Positions 37,968-48,077 of a DNA stretch of 64,000 bases are shown here, piece by piece. Source of the stretch: Caldisericia bacterium (GTDB lineage: Bacteria; Caldisericota; Caldisericia; JAAYUI01). The notes beneath the pieces are model-generated. The model was not told the DNA's origin, did not search any database, and worked only from the letters and a program-made list of their open reading frames with translations. Numbering within the stretch: position 1 is the stretch's first letter; each line of letters opens with the position of its first letter. The stretch is from the NCBI GenBank assembly GCA_963674785.1, contig OY771555.1, forward strand, positions 2,112,001 through 2,176,000. Reading direction: 5' to 3'. Made by a program: the position numbers and the translations under genes.

Positions 37968-38926
37968 TGAACCAAAACCTTTTACTTATAATCGGGTTTC
38001 TTATATCCGGAATATCAAGCATGCTTTTGACTCCTGCCTCAATCTGGTTGGGTCACAGGCTAGGAATTGTTGATAATTCAGGAGAAAAAACTCCCTCAGG
38101 ACAAACAAAAATAACAACAAAAAAAACTCCCAGGACTGGCGGTCTTGGGATTTTTTTTGCGACATTCATTCCATTCCTGATTCTATCGGGATTTGATATT
38201 TCGTCTTGGAGCATAATCCTTGGTGCATTTATTATCACTCTATTCATGCTCATCGATGATAAATACAACTTGTCTCCGTGGATGAAGTTTCTCGGGCAGA
38301 TTATCGCAGCAACACCACCAATTCTTGCTGGTTTCAGGATTTCGTATCTTACAAATATAGTAAGCTCAGGATGGTTTTCAGTTGGTTGGCTTGCGATTCC
38401 ACTGACATACCTTTGGATAATCCTTGTTACCAACGCGGTTAATTTCATCGATGGGCTCGATGGTCTTGCAAGTGGAATAACTTTTTTTGTGTGTGTTGCC
38501 GGAGCTTTGGCATCTCTTTCGAGAGGCCCAGAGATGATCATACCAGCTCTTCTTCTGATCTGTCTTGCTGGGGCATCCGCTGGGTTTTTGCCATATAACT
38601 TTGAACCGGCAAAAATTTACCTTGGCGATAATGGTGCACATTTCATTGGTTATGTTATCGCAGTAACTGCAATCTGGGGAACAGCAAAGGCAACAACCGC
38701 CGCTGTCCTCGGAGTTTTATTCCTTGCAATGTTTATTCCAATGGCTGATGTTTTCTATTCATCACTTCGGAGACTTAAAAATAAAAAATCCCCATTCTCG
38801 GGAGACATGGACAATATCCATTACCAGATGATTAAAAAGGGATGGTCTGTGAAATCTGTCGTTTTAATCTTCTACGGGATAACAATAATTGTATCCGTTC
38901 TGGCATTGTTTATATTTGTCTATTAG
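37967..38926 (+). CDS. Undecaprenyl-phosphate GlcNAc-1-phosphate transferase (WecA/TagO)
   Basis: PRTGG, IDD, NAVNFIDGLDGLA and PAKIYLGDNGA motifs. Confidence 0.88.
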   Translation: MNQNLLLIIGFLISGISSMLLTPASIWLGHRLGIVDNSGEKTPSGQTKITTKKTPRTGGLGIFFATFIPFLILSGFDISSWSIILGAFIITLFMLIDDKYNLSPWMKFLGQIIAATPPILAGFRISYLTNIVSSGWFSVGWLAIPLTYLWIILVTNAVNFIDGLDGLASGITFFVCVAGALASLSRGPEMIIPALLLICLAGASAGFLPYNFEPAKIYLGDNGAHFIGYVIAVTAIWGTAKATTAAVLGVLFLAMFIPMADVFYSSLRRLKNKKSPFSGDMDNIHYQMIKKGWSVKSVVLIFYGITIIVSVLALFIFVY

Positions 38927-38935
38927 GATGTATCT

Positions 38936-40048
38936 ATGAAAGTAATGTTGATATTTGGGACGAGGCCGGAAGCCATTAAAATGGCACCCCTCGTGAAAGC
39001 TTTTGAATCTGACTCAGATTTTGAGACAGTTGTGACTGTGACTGCTCAACACCGTGAAATGCTCGACCAGGTTCTTGATTTGTTCTCAATCGAGCCAAAA
39101 TATGACCTCAAAATAATGAAAAAGGCACAGAGCTTGTCTGATGTAACAACAAGGGTTCTGCTTGGTCTTGAAAAAATCTTGAAAGACGAAAAGCCAGATT
39201 TAGTGCTTGTTCATGGTGACACCACAACAACATTTGCAGGGGCTTTGGCATCGTTTTATTCAACTCCACCCATCCCATGTGGTCATGTTGAAGCCGGTCT
39301 TAGAAGCTTTGATAAAATGAATCCATACCCTGAAGAGGTAAACCGAATACTAACTGATCACCTCTGTAAATACTACTTTGCACCAACAAAAAACGCACAA
39401 AAAAACCTTCTCTCTGAAGGCATAAAAGAAGAAGACATAACCATCACAGGAAACACTGTTGTTGATGCCCTGAAACAGATTCAAAAAATAAATAAGGATC
39501 TTCCATTACCTGTTGAAGTAGGGAAAAATGAAAAGCTTGTAACTATTACAATGCACCGCAGGGAAAGCTGGGGCAAACCTCTTGAATCAGTTTGTAGAGC
39601 AATACTAAGACTGCACACTGAGATAACAAATGTAAGATTCATATTCCCATGGCACATGAATCCAAAGGTAAGGGAAATCATCTCTCCGATTCTTTCAGGA
39701 CTTAAAAGGGTTCATCTGGTTGAGCCACTTGATTATCAAAACTTCTTAAACCTAATGGATAAGTCCTATTTGATAATGTCTGATTCTGGAGGAATCCAGG
39801 AAGAAGCCGCCTCTCTTTCAGTTCCTGTACTTCTTCTCAGACATGTAACCGAAAGACCAGAAGCTCTTGATTGCGGTATCTGCAAACTTGTTGGGACGGA
39901 TGAACAAAAAGTATTCGATGAGGCAAGAGAGATACTCACAAATGAAGAAAAAAAGAATGCCATGATTCCAGATGTAAATCCATTTGGTGATGGCACTGCA
40001 TCCATAAGAATTAAAAACTTCATTGCTAAAAAGTGGGGTTTAAATTGA
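38936..40048 (+). CDS. wecB: UDP-N-acetylglucosamine 2-epimerase (non-hydrolysing)
   Basis: GTRPEAIKMAP, HGDTTT, HVEAGLRS, DSGGIQEEA and PFGDG motifs. Confidence 0.96.
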   Translation: MKVMLIFGTRPEAIKMAPLVKAFESDSDFETVVTVTAQHREMLDQVLDLFSIEPKYDLKIMKKAQSLSDVTTRVLLGLEKILKDEKPDLVLVHGDTTTTFAGALASFYSTPPIPCGHVEAGLRSFDKMNPYPEEVNRILTDHLCKYYFAPTKNAQKNLLSEGIKEEDITITGNTVVDALKQIQKINKDLPLPVEVGKNEKLVTITMHRRESWGKPLESVCRAILRLHTEITNVRFIFPWHMNPKVREIISPILSGLKRVHLVEPLDYQNFLNLMDKSYLIMSDSGGIQEEAASLSVPVLLLRHVTERPEALDCGICKLVGTDEQKVFDEAREILTNEEKKNAMIPDVNPFGDGTASIRIKNFIAKKWGLN

Positions 40049-41301
40049 GTAAATACATAATCAAAGGTGGAAACCCCCTAAAAGGATCAGTAGAAATAAA
40101 GGGTGCGAAAAACTCTGCAATGCCGATTATTACTGCTTGTTGCCTCATAAAAGACAAGGTTGTTTTAAGAAATATCCCAACAAAAAATGATCCGATTCAC
40201 CTCATCCATATGCTAGAAGATATCGGCGTAAAAGTCACAAGGTTGGATGAAAACTCCTGGGAAATAAACGCAAAAGGAAAACTTGAATCAGACATCAATG
40301 GGGACAAAGAAAACAGAATCAGGGGAAGTCAAACGATGCTTGGTGCGATGCTTGCCAGAAATGGAGAGGTCACACTCAAATCTCCCGGAGGATGCAACAT
40401 CGGTTCAAGACCAATGGATATCCACCTTAAAGGTTTTGAAGCTCTCGGAACAGAGGTAACCACATGCCCCGATAGAATCCAAATCAAAGCAGCAAATGGC
40501 TTAAAGGGAACAGACATAAAACTCGGGTTTCCATCTGTTGGGGCAACCGAAAATCTCATGATTGCTGCAAGCATGGCAAACGGACAAACAATCCTTTCAA
40601 ATTGTGCAAGAGAACCAGAAATAACAGATTTGGCAGATTTCTTAAATTCATGTGGTGCAAAAATCGCGGGAGCTGGAACAGACACAATCAAAATTGAAGG
40701 TGTCGACAGTTTCCATTCAACTGATTACACAATTATTTCTGACCGGATAGAGGCTGGAACATACGTTATCGCAGCAGCAATAACTAAGGGAGATGTTTCA
40801 ATTCACGGAGTTGACCCATCATTCGTCGACGCATTGATAATAAAACTCCAAGAAATAGGTGTAAAAGTCAAAACAAACAATAAAGAAATTAAGGTTCAAG
40901 GCATCGAAAAAGTTCAATCAATCAACATAAAAACGCTTCCTTACCCTGGGTTTCCAACTGATCTGCAACCACAGATGGCAAGCCTACTATCACTTGCTAA
41001 CGGTACTTCAATCATGACCGAAACCATCTTTGAAAACAGGTTTGCAGCTGTCCCCGAACTCAACAAGATGGGTGCAAACATAAAACTCGACGGAAAAACA
41101 ATCCGAATCGAGGGTGCAAAAAAACTGACTGGAACGACAGTAAAAGCTCACGACCTTAGAGGCGGAGCAAGTCTTGTGTTGGCAGCACTTGTTGCCGATG
41201 GTGAAACAATTGTTGAGGATGTGGAACATATTGAGCGAGGATATGACGGATTCCACGAAAAACTGCTCTCTCTTGGGGCAGATATCAGAAGGGTTGAATA
41301 A
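40045..41301 (+). CDS. murA: UDP-N-acetylglucosamine 1-carboxyvinyltransferase
   Basis: GAKNS, PGGCNIGSRP, SVGATEN, YPGFPTD and DLRGG motifs. Confidence 0.96.
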   Translation: MSKYIIKGGNPLKGSVEIKGAKNSAMPIITACCLIKDKVVLRNIPTKNDPIHLIHMLEDIGVKVTRLDENSWEINAKGKLESDINGDKENRIRGSQTMLGAMLARNGEVTLKSPGGCNIGSRPMDIHLKGFEALGTEVTTCPDRIQIKAANGLKGTDIKLGFPSVGATENLMIAASMANGQTILSNCAREPEITDLADFLNSCGAKIAGAGTDTIKIEGVDSFHSTDYTIISDRIEAGTYVIAAAITKGDVSIHGVDPSFVDALIIKLQEIGVKVKTNNKEIKVQGIEKVQSINIKTLPYPGFPTDLQPQMASLLSLANGTSIMTETIFENRFAAVPELNKMGANIKLDGKTIRIEGAKKLTGTTVKAHDLRGGASLVLAALVADGETIVEDVEHIERGYDGFHEKLLSLGADIRRVE

Positions 41302-41304
41302 ACC

Positions 41305-42735
41305 ATGAAATTATCGGAGCTTCCAAAGAAATCAAAAATTCACATGATCGCAATTGGTGGGACAGGGATGAGAGCATTGGCAATAATCCTTCACCAGATG
41401 GGACACATCGTCTCAGGATCAGATATAAATACTGAAAATGATTCTGTCAGAAATCTTAGAGAGCTAGGAATAAACGTATATCATGGGCACGATGAAAAAA
41501 ATCTTGATAACCCAGATATCGTAATAAGGTCTGCAATCATCCCCGACAATAATCCAGAGGTTTCAAAAGCAACAGAGCTTAAAATCCCAGTTATCAATCG
41601 AACAGATGCGGTTACAGAGCTTGCAAACACAAAAAGAATCTTTGCAGTAGCCGGATCACATGGAAAATCAACGGCAACAAGTATGCTCGTCCATATCCTG
41701 AAAAAAGAGAATATTCCATTCTCCTGGTACTACGGCTCACAACTAAAAGACGGTTCTGCTGAAGCATATTGGGATAGTAATTCTGAGTGGCTTATACTGG
41801 AAACCGATGAATCCGATCATGGTTTCATTAGATACAATACTACAATTGGAACAGTTTTATGTATCGACCCTGAACATATGGAGTTCTATGATTTTGATTT
41901 CAACAATCTCCTCGGGGAGTTCAGTGACTTCATCGAGAAATCTGTAAGCAATCATGGTGTCCAAATTCTCTCTTTCGACGACCTGAACACAAACAAGATT
42001 TTTGATAAGTGTCAAAACCTAATCACGTTTGGCAAACAAGATGGTGCCGACCTTAGGTTTGATGGCCCAGTTTTCAAAATTATTGATGGGAAGATGGGTT
42101 CATCGTCAAAAATCTCCTTCAAAGGCAGAGAATTCGGAATGCTTGAATTAACTGTACCTGGTGAACATAACATCCAAAACGCACTATCAGCGGTTGCAGG
42201 GGCAGCACAATTTGGAATATCCCTTCTGGACTCAATCTCTGACCTGAAAGACTACCCGGGTCTCAAAAGAAGAATTGAGCAGCTTGGTAATACTAACGAG
42301 CACATCATGTTTGATGATGATGCAGGACATCCAAGTGAGCTTTCTGCAGGAATAAAAACACTGAAACAATATTTTCCTGACAGACCATTGTGTATCATTC
42401 ATCAACCAGTCAGGTTCTCAAGGGTTTATTACCTTGCAGATGAATATGCAAAAGTCATTAATGAATTGCTTGATAAAAATGACAGGTATATCGCCTCACC
42501 AGCACACGCTTCTGATGAGAATAAATGGGGAGTTGATAAAAACGGCATCTCAAACACAGTAAAGAACCTGAATCCACAGTGCCACGTTGAGGTTTTGGAT
42601 AGTTCTGACGAGATAATACCTACCATAAACAGAGACCTTAAAAAAGGTGAGATAATCTTCTTCTCCGGTCATCCACCAAACATCATAAGAAATAAAGCAT
42701 TTGAGTTTTGTGACGATTTGAAAAATAATAAATAA
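41305..42735 (+). CDS. murC: UDP-N-acetylmuramate--amino acid ligase (MurC-like, divergent)
   Basis: IGGTGM, GSD, GSHGKST, ETDESD, GEHNIQNA and KRR motifs. Confidence 0.75.
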   Translation: MKLSELPKKSKIHMIAIGGTGMRALAIILHQMGHIVSGSDINTENDSVRNLRELGINVYHGHDEKNLDNPDIVIRSAIIPDNNPEVSKATELKIPVINRTDAVTELANTKRIFAVAGSHGKSTATSMLVHILKKENIPFSWYYGSQLKDGSAEAYWDSNSEWLILETDESDHGFIRYNTTIGTVLCIDPEHMEFYDFDFNNLLGEFSDFIEKSVSNHGVQILSFDDLNTNKIFDKCQNLITFGKQDGADLRFDGPVFKIIDGKMGSSSKISFKGREFGMLELTVPGEHNIQNALSAVAGAAQFGISLLDSISDLKDYPGLKRRIEQLGNTNEHIMFDDDAGHPSELSAGIKTLKQYFPDRPLCIIHQPVRFSRVYYLADEYAKVINELLDKNDRYIASPAHASDENKWGVDKNGISNTVKNLNPQCHVEVLDSSDEIIPTINRDLKKGEIIFFSGHPPNIIRNKAFEFCDDLKNNK

Positions 42736-42747
42736 AGGAGTGTTGTT

Positions 42748-43965
42748 GTGATCAATTTTGAATTTACTGAGGAACAGAAGATGGTTGCAAAAATGGTTCG
42801 CGACCTCGCCGCAAGAGAGTTTGCCCCACACATCAAAGAATGGGATGAGCAGGCACAATGGCAACCGATAGTTGCAAAAAAACTCGCCGAACAGGGAATC
42901 ATGGGTCTGTGTACTCCTGAAAAATACGGCGGATCAGGTTTTGATTACATCTCTCTTGGGCTTGCATGTGAAGAGCTTGAATATGTTGACACCGCAATGA
43001 GAGTCACTCTTTCTGTACACATTGGTCTCGTCCAGATGCCAATCCTCACATGGGGAACAGAAGAACAACGACAGAAGTATCTGCCACCACTTGCATCCGG
43101 TGAAAAAATTGGAGCATTTGGTCTTACTGAACCAAACGCTGGCACAGACGTTGTAGCCCTTGAAACAAAAGCAGTCAAAGATGGAAATGATTGGCTCATC
43201 TCTGGTGAAAAAATGTGGATTTCTCTTTCAGACGTCGCTGACACATTCGTAATCATCGCCTGGACTGATCTTGAAAAAATGAAAAAGCGTGACCACTCTG
43301 GGGTATCTGCATTTATTCTCGAACGCGAAATGGACGGACTCGAAACTGCATCAATTCACGGAAAACTTGGTGTTAGGGCTGGAAATACTGGTTCAATCTC
43401 AATGAACCAGGTCAGAGTTCCACAGGAAAATATGCTGGGTGTTGAAGGTGAAGGATTCAAAATCGCAATGTTCTGCCTTGACCAGGGAAGATATACAGTT
43501 GGATGGGGCGCAACAGGACTTGTTAAAGCATGTCTTGATGCATCAGTGACATATGCAAATTCAAGAAATACATTTGGTGTTCCGATTGGGCATCACCAGC
43601 TTGTGAAATCAATGATTGCAAACATGAAAGCAAATTATGAAGCCTCGATGCTTCTCAATCTTAAAGCTGGATGGTTGAAAAATGCTGGCAAACGCTGCAC
43701 CAAAGAAACAGCACTTGCAAAATGGTTTGCATGTGATGCATCAGAAAAAGCCGCATCTGATTGCGTACAGGTTCACGGAGCATATGGATACTCAAACGAA
43801 TTCCCAGCAGAACGCTTCTACAGGAATGCTAAGGGTGCAGTAATATATGAAGGATCAAGAGAGGTGCAGCAGCTTATCGCAGCCGACTATGAACTCGGTT
43901 ACAGAAAAGATAAACCTCTGAGAAAATCAATGCCTCCTCACCCATTTCCAGAGAACTGGGATTGA
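42748..43965 (+). CDS. Acyl-CoA dehydrogenase (glutaryl/butyryl-CoA type)
   Basis: FGLTEPNAGTD, GEKMWIS, QVHGAYGY and IYEGS motifs. Confidence 0.93.
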   Translation: MINFEFTEEQKMVAKMVRDLAAREFAPHIKEWDEQAQWQPIVAKKLAEQGIMGLCTPEKYGGSGFDYISLGLACEELEYVDTAMRVTLSVHIGLVQMPILTWGTEEQRQKYLPPLASGEKIGAFGLTEPNAGTDVVALETKAVKDGNDWLISGEKMWISLSDVADTFVIIAWTDLEKMKKRDHSGVSAFILEREMDGLETASIHGKLGVRAGNTGSISMNQVRVPQENMLGVEGEGFKIAMFCLDQGRYTVGWGATGLVKACLDASVTYANSRNTFGVPIGHHQLVKSMIANMKANYEASMLLNLKAGWLKNAGKRCTKETALAKWFACDASEKAASDCVQVHGAYGYSNEFPAERFYRNAKGAVIYEGSREVQQLIAADYELGYRKDKPLRKSMPPHPFPENWD

Positions 43966-43977
43966 TTTAAATTTTGC

Positions 43978-44400
43978 ATGAAAAAGAGGGTTTTGTTTCT
44001 CTGTGTTGCAAACTCGGCCAGATCGCAGATGTCGGAGGGACTCTTAAAGTCACTTGACACAAATGGTGAGTTTGAAGTTTTTAGTGCTGGCTCAAAACCC
44101 TCAAAACTCAACCCTCACGCTGTAGATGTCTTGTCTGAAATCGGCATAGATATCGGTGGTCATTATTCAAAACACTGGAAAGAACTAGACACCACAGAAG
44201 GTTTTGATTATGTGATTTCAGTTTGTTCTGACTCTGAAGCCGAATGTCCTGTATTTACAGGAAATGTTGGACAGAGGTTGAGATGGGTCTTTGATGACCC
44301 AGCAGATTGCTTTGATAAAGATAATTGTATAGAAAAATTCAGATCAATAAGAGACCAGATTAAAATAAGAATTATTGATTGGCTGAAAACTGGGTCTTAA
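43978..44400 (+). CDS. arsC: Thioredoxin-coupled arsenate reductase / LMW-PTP family
   Basis: FLCVANSARSQM, SAGS, C...CP and FDDP motifs. Confidence 0.85.
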   Translation: MKKRVLFLCVANSARSQMSEGLLKSLDTNGEFEVFSAGSKPSKLNPHAVDVLSEIGIDIGGHYSKHWKELDTTEGFDYVISVCSDSEAECPVFTGNVGQRLRWVFDDPADCFDKDNCIEKFRSIRDQIKIRIIDWLKTGS

Positions 44401-45314
44401 TCGTCAAGACCCAGTAATTTTTTTATTTCGGTTTCGGCAATTCCTGGAGTTTCTGGTGAATATCCATCATGTTGCCAAACGATCAATCCATCTTTATTAA
44501 CGAGTGTCATATTAGGAACACCCAACCCACCCCATGAATAATAAGTTTCTGCCATGGGATCGAGTGGAACAGGATACTCGACACCCAGTGTCTCTATAAG
44601 TTCAGCTCTTTCTTCATCAAGATGACTTGAGTCTGTACAAACACCCAAAACTAGAAGTCCCTGATCCTTATATTTATTGTAAAGCTCCACAAGCGCGGGG
44701 AGTTCCTTGTTGCAAGGAAGACATCTTGTTGACCAGAAGTTGATTAAAATACATTTCACATCACCCCTTGCAAGCTCTTCATGGAAGTTAATTGTCCCAC
44801 CAGATTGAGTTTCGAGAGTGAAGCCTGGTGCATGAGGAAGAAGCCTGTTTTCGTCTATCTCCATTAAAAGATGATAACCACCATCTTCTGGTTCTATTTC
44901 TTTGGTTTGTAATGCCAATTCCTCAGAAATAAAACTGGTATCAATAAGCATCCTATCTCTAAGGATTATCGGGATATTATCGAACAATCTCTTTTCACCA
45001 AGAGATTCATATTCTCGTTCACCGTACCATATCTTGATGTTTCTTCCCTGTCCTCTAACAAGGACTGATTTTTCATGGTCAAGCCATAGCACCCTATGTC
45101 CCATAAATTCGGCAAGAAACCTGAGTGGGAAGAAATATGTGCCTTCGACAAGTTGTGGACCAACATCTGTGCTGTAGGTCTTCTCACCAATTTTCACATT
45201 TCGCCAATCATCCTTCCAAAGAATTCTTACATTAGCTGCCAGAACGAGCGGGACAAAGACTGCACTAATCAGTAATACCGCACAAATCCTTAACCATGTT
45301 TTCGAGTTTTTCAT
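44397..45314 (-). CDS. Secreted copper-amine-oxidase-N domain + TlpA-like redoxin
   Basis: Signal peptide from MKNSKTW; FPLRFLAEFMG; NFWSTRCLPC and GVP motifs. Confidence 0.8.
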   Translation of the reverse strand: MKNSKTWLRICAVLLISAVFVPLVLAANVRILWKDDWRNVKIGEKTYSTDVGPQLVEGTYFFPLRFLAEFMGHRVLWLDHEKSVLVRGQGRNIKIWYGEREYESLGEKRLFDNIPIILRDRMLIDTSFISEELALQTKEIEPEDGGYHLLMEIDENRLLPHAPGFTLETQSGGTINFHEELARGDVKCILINFWSTRCLPCNKELPALVELYNKYKDQGLLVLGVCTDSSHLDEERAELIETLGVEYPVPLDPMAETYYSWGGLGVPNMTLVNKDGLIVWQHDGYSPETPGIAETEIKKLLGLDD

Positions 45315-46173
45315 TGGCCTCATCTGAATACCTTTCATGGAACCATGTAACACATTTTTCTCCAGGTGTCAAAAGAAAGAAGTTCGGAAAAATTGGATCA
45401 AACCAGGTAGCCTGAGTTGAATAGTTTTCATCGTGACAAATTGGAAAGTCAACTTTTAATCTATCGAGCAGGTCTTCTCTATCTGCCTCAAGATTTGGCC
45501 CATCTGTGCAAACACCAAGCACCTCAAGTCCATCATTGTTATATTTTCTGTGAAGTTCTCCTAAAAACTCAAGCTGGTCATGGCAGGGAATGCACTCGGT
45601 ATACCAAATCTGGACAATAACGGCCTTTGTTTCGGATTTATTCATGTAATCAGAAAGCTTAAGAGTTTTGGATGGATCATTATGTACAGGAAATTCAAAA
45701 TCTACCCATCTGTAGCAAATGTGGTCAGAATCTACCTTCATCGAAACATTCTTACCATCCACCGCAAGTGAAGTATCAAGAATAAGATTCAATCCATTTG
45801 TGGAGATCATTGTTCGAGAGTCTTTTATGATTGGTGAGATGGTAAGGGAGTGTGTTTGTTCATTCTTGATTAGCTTAGTATCATTTATCCAAAGTTGGAT
45901 TTGTGTATCAGTGTTGTTCAGTTTTACAGACTTCTCCTCAGAAATCCATTCAACATCAAATCCCATCCACTCAGAAATAACTCTCAGTGGAATATATGTG
46001 CTTGAACCCTCCTGCATAGGGGCAACATCCATCTTGTATTTTTTCCCATCAACAGCGATAAGCTTTGAGCCAACCCTCCAATCAATGGATACTTCTTCTG
46101 CAAAGATGCTTTTAACAAGAATAGGTGAAATCGCAAGAATTGCTACAAGAAGGCAAATTGATATTTTCTTCAT
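45265..46173 (-). CDS. Secreted copper-amine-oxidase-N domain + TlpA-like redoxin (paralog)
   Basis: Signal peptide; MDVAP...YIPLRVISEWMG; WYTECIPC motif. Confidence 0.8.
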   Translation of the reverse strand: MKKISICLLVAILAISPILVKSIFAEEVSIDWRVGSKLIAVDGKKYKMDVAPMQEGSSTYIPLRVISEWMGFDVEWISEEKSVKLNNTDTQIQLWINDTKLIKNEQTHSLTISPIIKDSRTMISTNGLNLILDTSLAVDGKNVSMKVDSDHICYRWVDFEFPVHNDPSKTLKLSDYMNKSETKAVIVQIWYTECIPCHDQLEFLGELHRKYNNDGLEVLGVCTDGPNLEADREDLLDRLKVDFPICHDENYSTQATWFDPIFPNFFLLTPGEKCVTWFHERYSDEANEKLENMVKDLCGITD

Positions 46174-46261
46174 TTTTCACATCCTTTCATTCTGACTACA
46201 TTTTCACATCCATCTTTTTTTAATGCAAGTGCTTATAAGTTACACAAAAATGAAATTTCAT

Positions 46262-46290
46262 TTGACATATTGCTTATTAAACAATAAAAT
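46262..46290 (+). promoter_or_regulatory. Promoter TTGACA-N17-TAAAAT for nif3 operon
   Basis: Near-consensus; ends 8 nt before ATG 46299. Confidence 0.7.
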
Positions 46291-46298
46291 AGTCTAGA

Positions 46299-47093
46299 AT
46301 GACTGTACAGAATAGAGATGATATGGGAAAACTTATGCCAAGTGCGGTCGCAGGTTTTTTGGATAAACTTCTGAGGGAGTCCGCCGATCCTGCGGATAAA
46401 TCCCTTAATGGACTACAGGTTGACTCAGGCAATCCGATTAGAAAGGTTGGGTATGCTGTTGATGCTTGCCTTGAGGCATTCGAAGAGGCCAAGGAACAAC
46501 GCTGTGATATGGTCATCACCCACCACGGTTTATATTGGTCAGGTGATGAACATCGTATTATCGGTCTCATGAGAGATCGAGTGGGTTTTCTTATCAAAAA
46601 CAACATCTCTCTATGGTCGTGTCATATCCCACTTGATAGAGATATGAAGTTTGGAAATAACATCGGTTTATCAAAAATTGTTGGCATCAAGGATCCAAAA
46701 GGCTTTGCTGATTATCACGGTATGCCTATAGGACTCTATGGTAGTCTTGCAGAAACAACCACTATCCTGAATATTAACAATATCCTTGAAAAGAACCTTC
46801 CCGAATGTAAACCTTTCGTGTGGGATTTTGGGGTAAAAACCATAAAAACAATTGGAGTAGTATCGGGCGGTGGTTCTTTTGCGATATCAGAGGCTGCTGA
46901 GCTTGGATTGGATTTACTTGTAACTGGTGAAGTATCGCATTCGGATTATCATGTTGCACTTGAAAACAAAATCAATGTTCTGGCAGCAGGACACTGGTCA
47001 ACAGAAACTGTTGGAATTGGATTAATCGCAAAAGAGATCACAGACAAACTGGGAATTGAAACTGTTTTTATTTCAATTCCTACCAGAATGTAG
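46299..47093 (+). CDS. Nif3-like dinuclear metal center protein (YbgI)
   Basis: NGLQV, ITHHG, HIPLD, SGGG, TGE and GHWSTE motifs. Confidence 0.92.
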   Translation: MTVQNRDDMGKLMPSAVAGFLDKLLRESADPADKSLNGLQVDSGNPIRKVGYAVDACLEAFEEAKEQRCDMVITHHGLYWSGDEHRIIGLMRDRVGFLIKNNISLWSCHIPLDRDMKFGNNIGLSKIVGIKDPKGFADYHGMPIGLYGSLAETTTILNINNILEKNLPECKPFVWDFGVKTIKTIGVVSGGGSFAISEAAELGLDLLVTGEVSHSDYHVALENKINVLAAGHWSTETVGIGLIAKEITDKLGIETVFISIPTRM

Positions 47094-47105
47094 CAGGAGG
47101 CACAT

Positions 47106-48059
47106 ATGGATGCACTTGTAAAAGTTAAAAACTTGACCAAAAGCTTTGGTAGTAACAAGGTTCTCGAAAATCTTAATTTCGAGATTGCCGATGGTGAAAG
47201 CTTTGGAATCCTTGGTCCTGCTGGTTCGGGGAAGACAACCCTCATAAATACTCTTGCTGGTATTCTCAAACCATCCGAAGGAAGCGTCACAATTGCTGGA
47301 AACGATCTTTACGCTATGTCTGGTCCTAAAGCCAGGAGATTGATTTCTCTCGTTCCACAAACATTAGCACTATATCCAGATTTTAATGCACACGATAACC
47401 TTAGATTCTTCGGCAGTTTTAATAATATAAAAAAACGTAGACTAAATGAGATTATGCTTGAAGCCCTAGACCTTTTTGAGCTTACTCCAGAGGCACATGT
47501 TCCGATAAACAAACTCCCTTATTCCTACTCAAAAAGACTTTCTGTTGCAATTTCGATGCTTTCAGATCCAAAAATCATAATGCTTGAGTCTCCAACTGAA
47601 GGACTCGATGATAGATCTGCGAGGATTATCACCGATGGATTAAATCTTCTCTCAAATAGAGGAAAAACCATTATTGTTGCAACAACTTACACAAGAGAGA
47701 TTACCAGTGTCTGCAGAAAAGTTGGAATAATGCATCAGGGGACACTCCTTGCACTTGATTATCTTGAAAATATTTTGAACTGCTTTGGTGAACAGAATCA
47801 GATTGAACTTGAGGCTGATGGACTCGAAAATATTCCAACTGATGTAATAAGGAAACAGCTCTTCTGCTCAGTTCCGATCGAAAGCCTTGAGAAATTTGGC
47901 TCAACACTCCTCATCAAACTAGAATCAACAACTGAGGTTCTTTCAATAATTCTTGAAGCTCTGGGTGATTCCGGAATCCCAGTAAAAAATATCAGACTCA
48001 GTGAGGGTAGCCTTGAAAATGTCTTCTATAAACTCGCTGGTCGTGAGTTGAGGGATTGA
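47106..48059 (+). CDS. ABC-2-type ATP-binding protein with degenerate motifs
   Basis: Walker A GPAGSGKTT and C-terminal SLENVF present; signature, Walker B and H-loop are altered. Confidence 0.8.
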   Translation: MDALVKVKNLTKSFGSNKVLENLNFEIADGESFGILGPAGSGKTTLINTLAGILKPSEGSVTIAGNDLYAMSGPKARRLISLVPQTLALYPDFNAHDNLRFFGSFNNIKKRRLNEIMLEALDLFELTPEAHVPINKLPYSYSKRLSVAISMLSDPKIIMLESPTEGLDDRSARIITDGLNLLSNRGKTIIVATTYTREITSVCRKVGIMHQGTLLALDYLENILNCFGEQNQIELEADGLENIPTDVIRKQLFCSVPIESLEKFGSTLLIKLESTTEVLSIILEALGDSGIPVKNIRLSEGSLENVFYKLAGRELRD

Positions 48060-48077
48060 GGAAAGAGAGGGATATAA

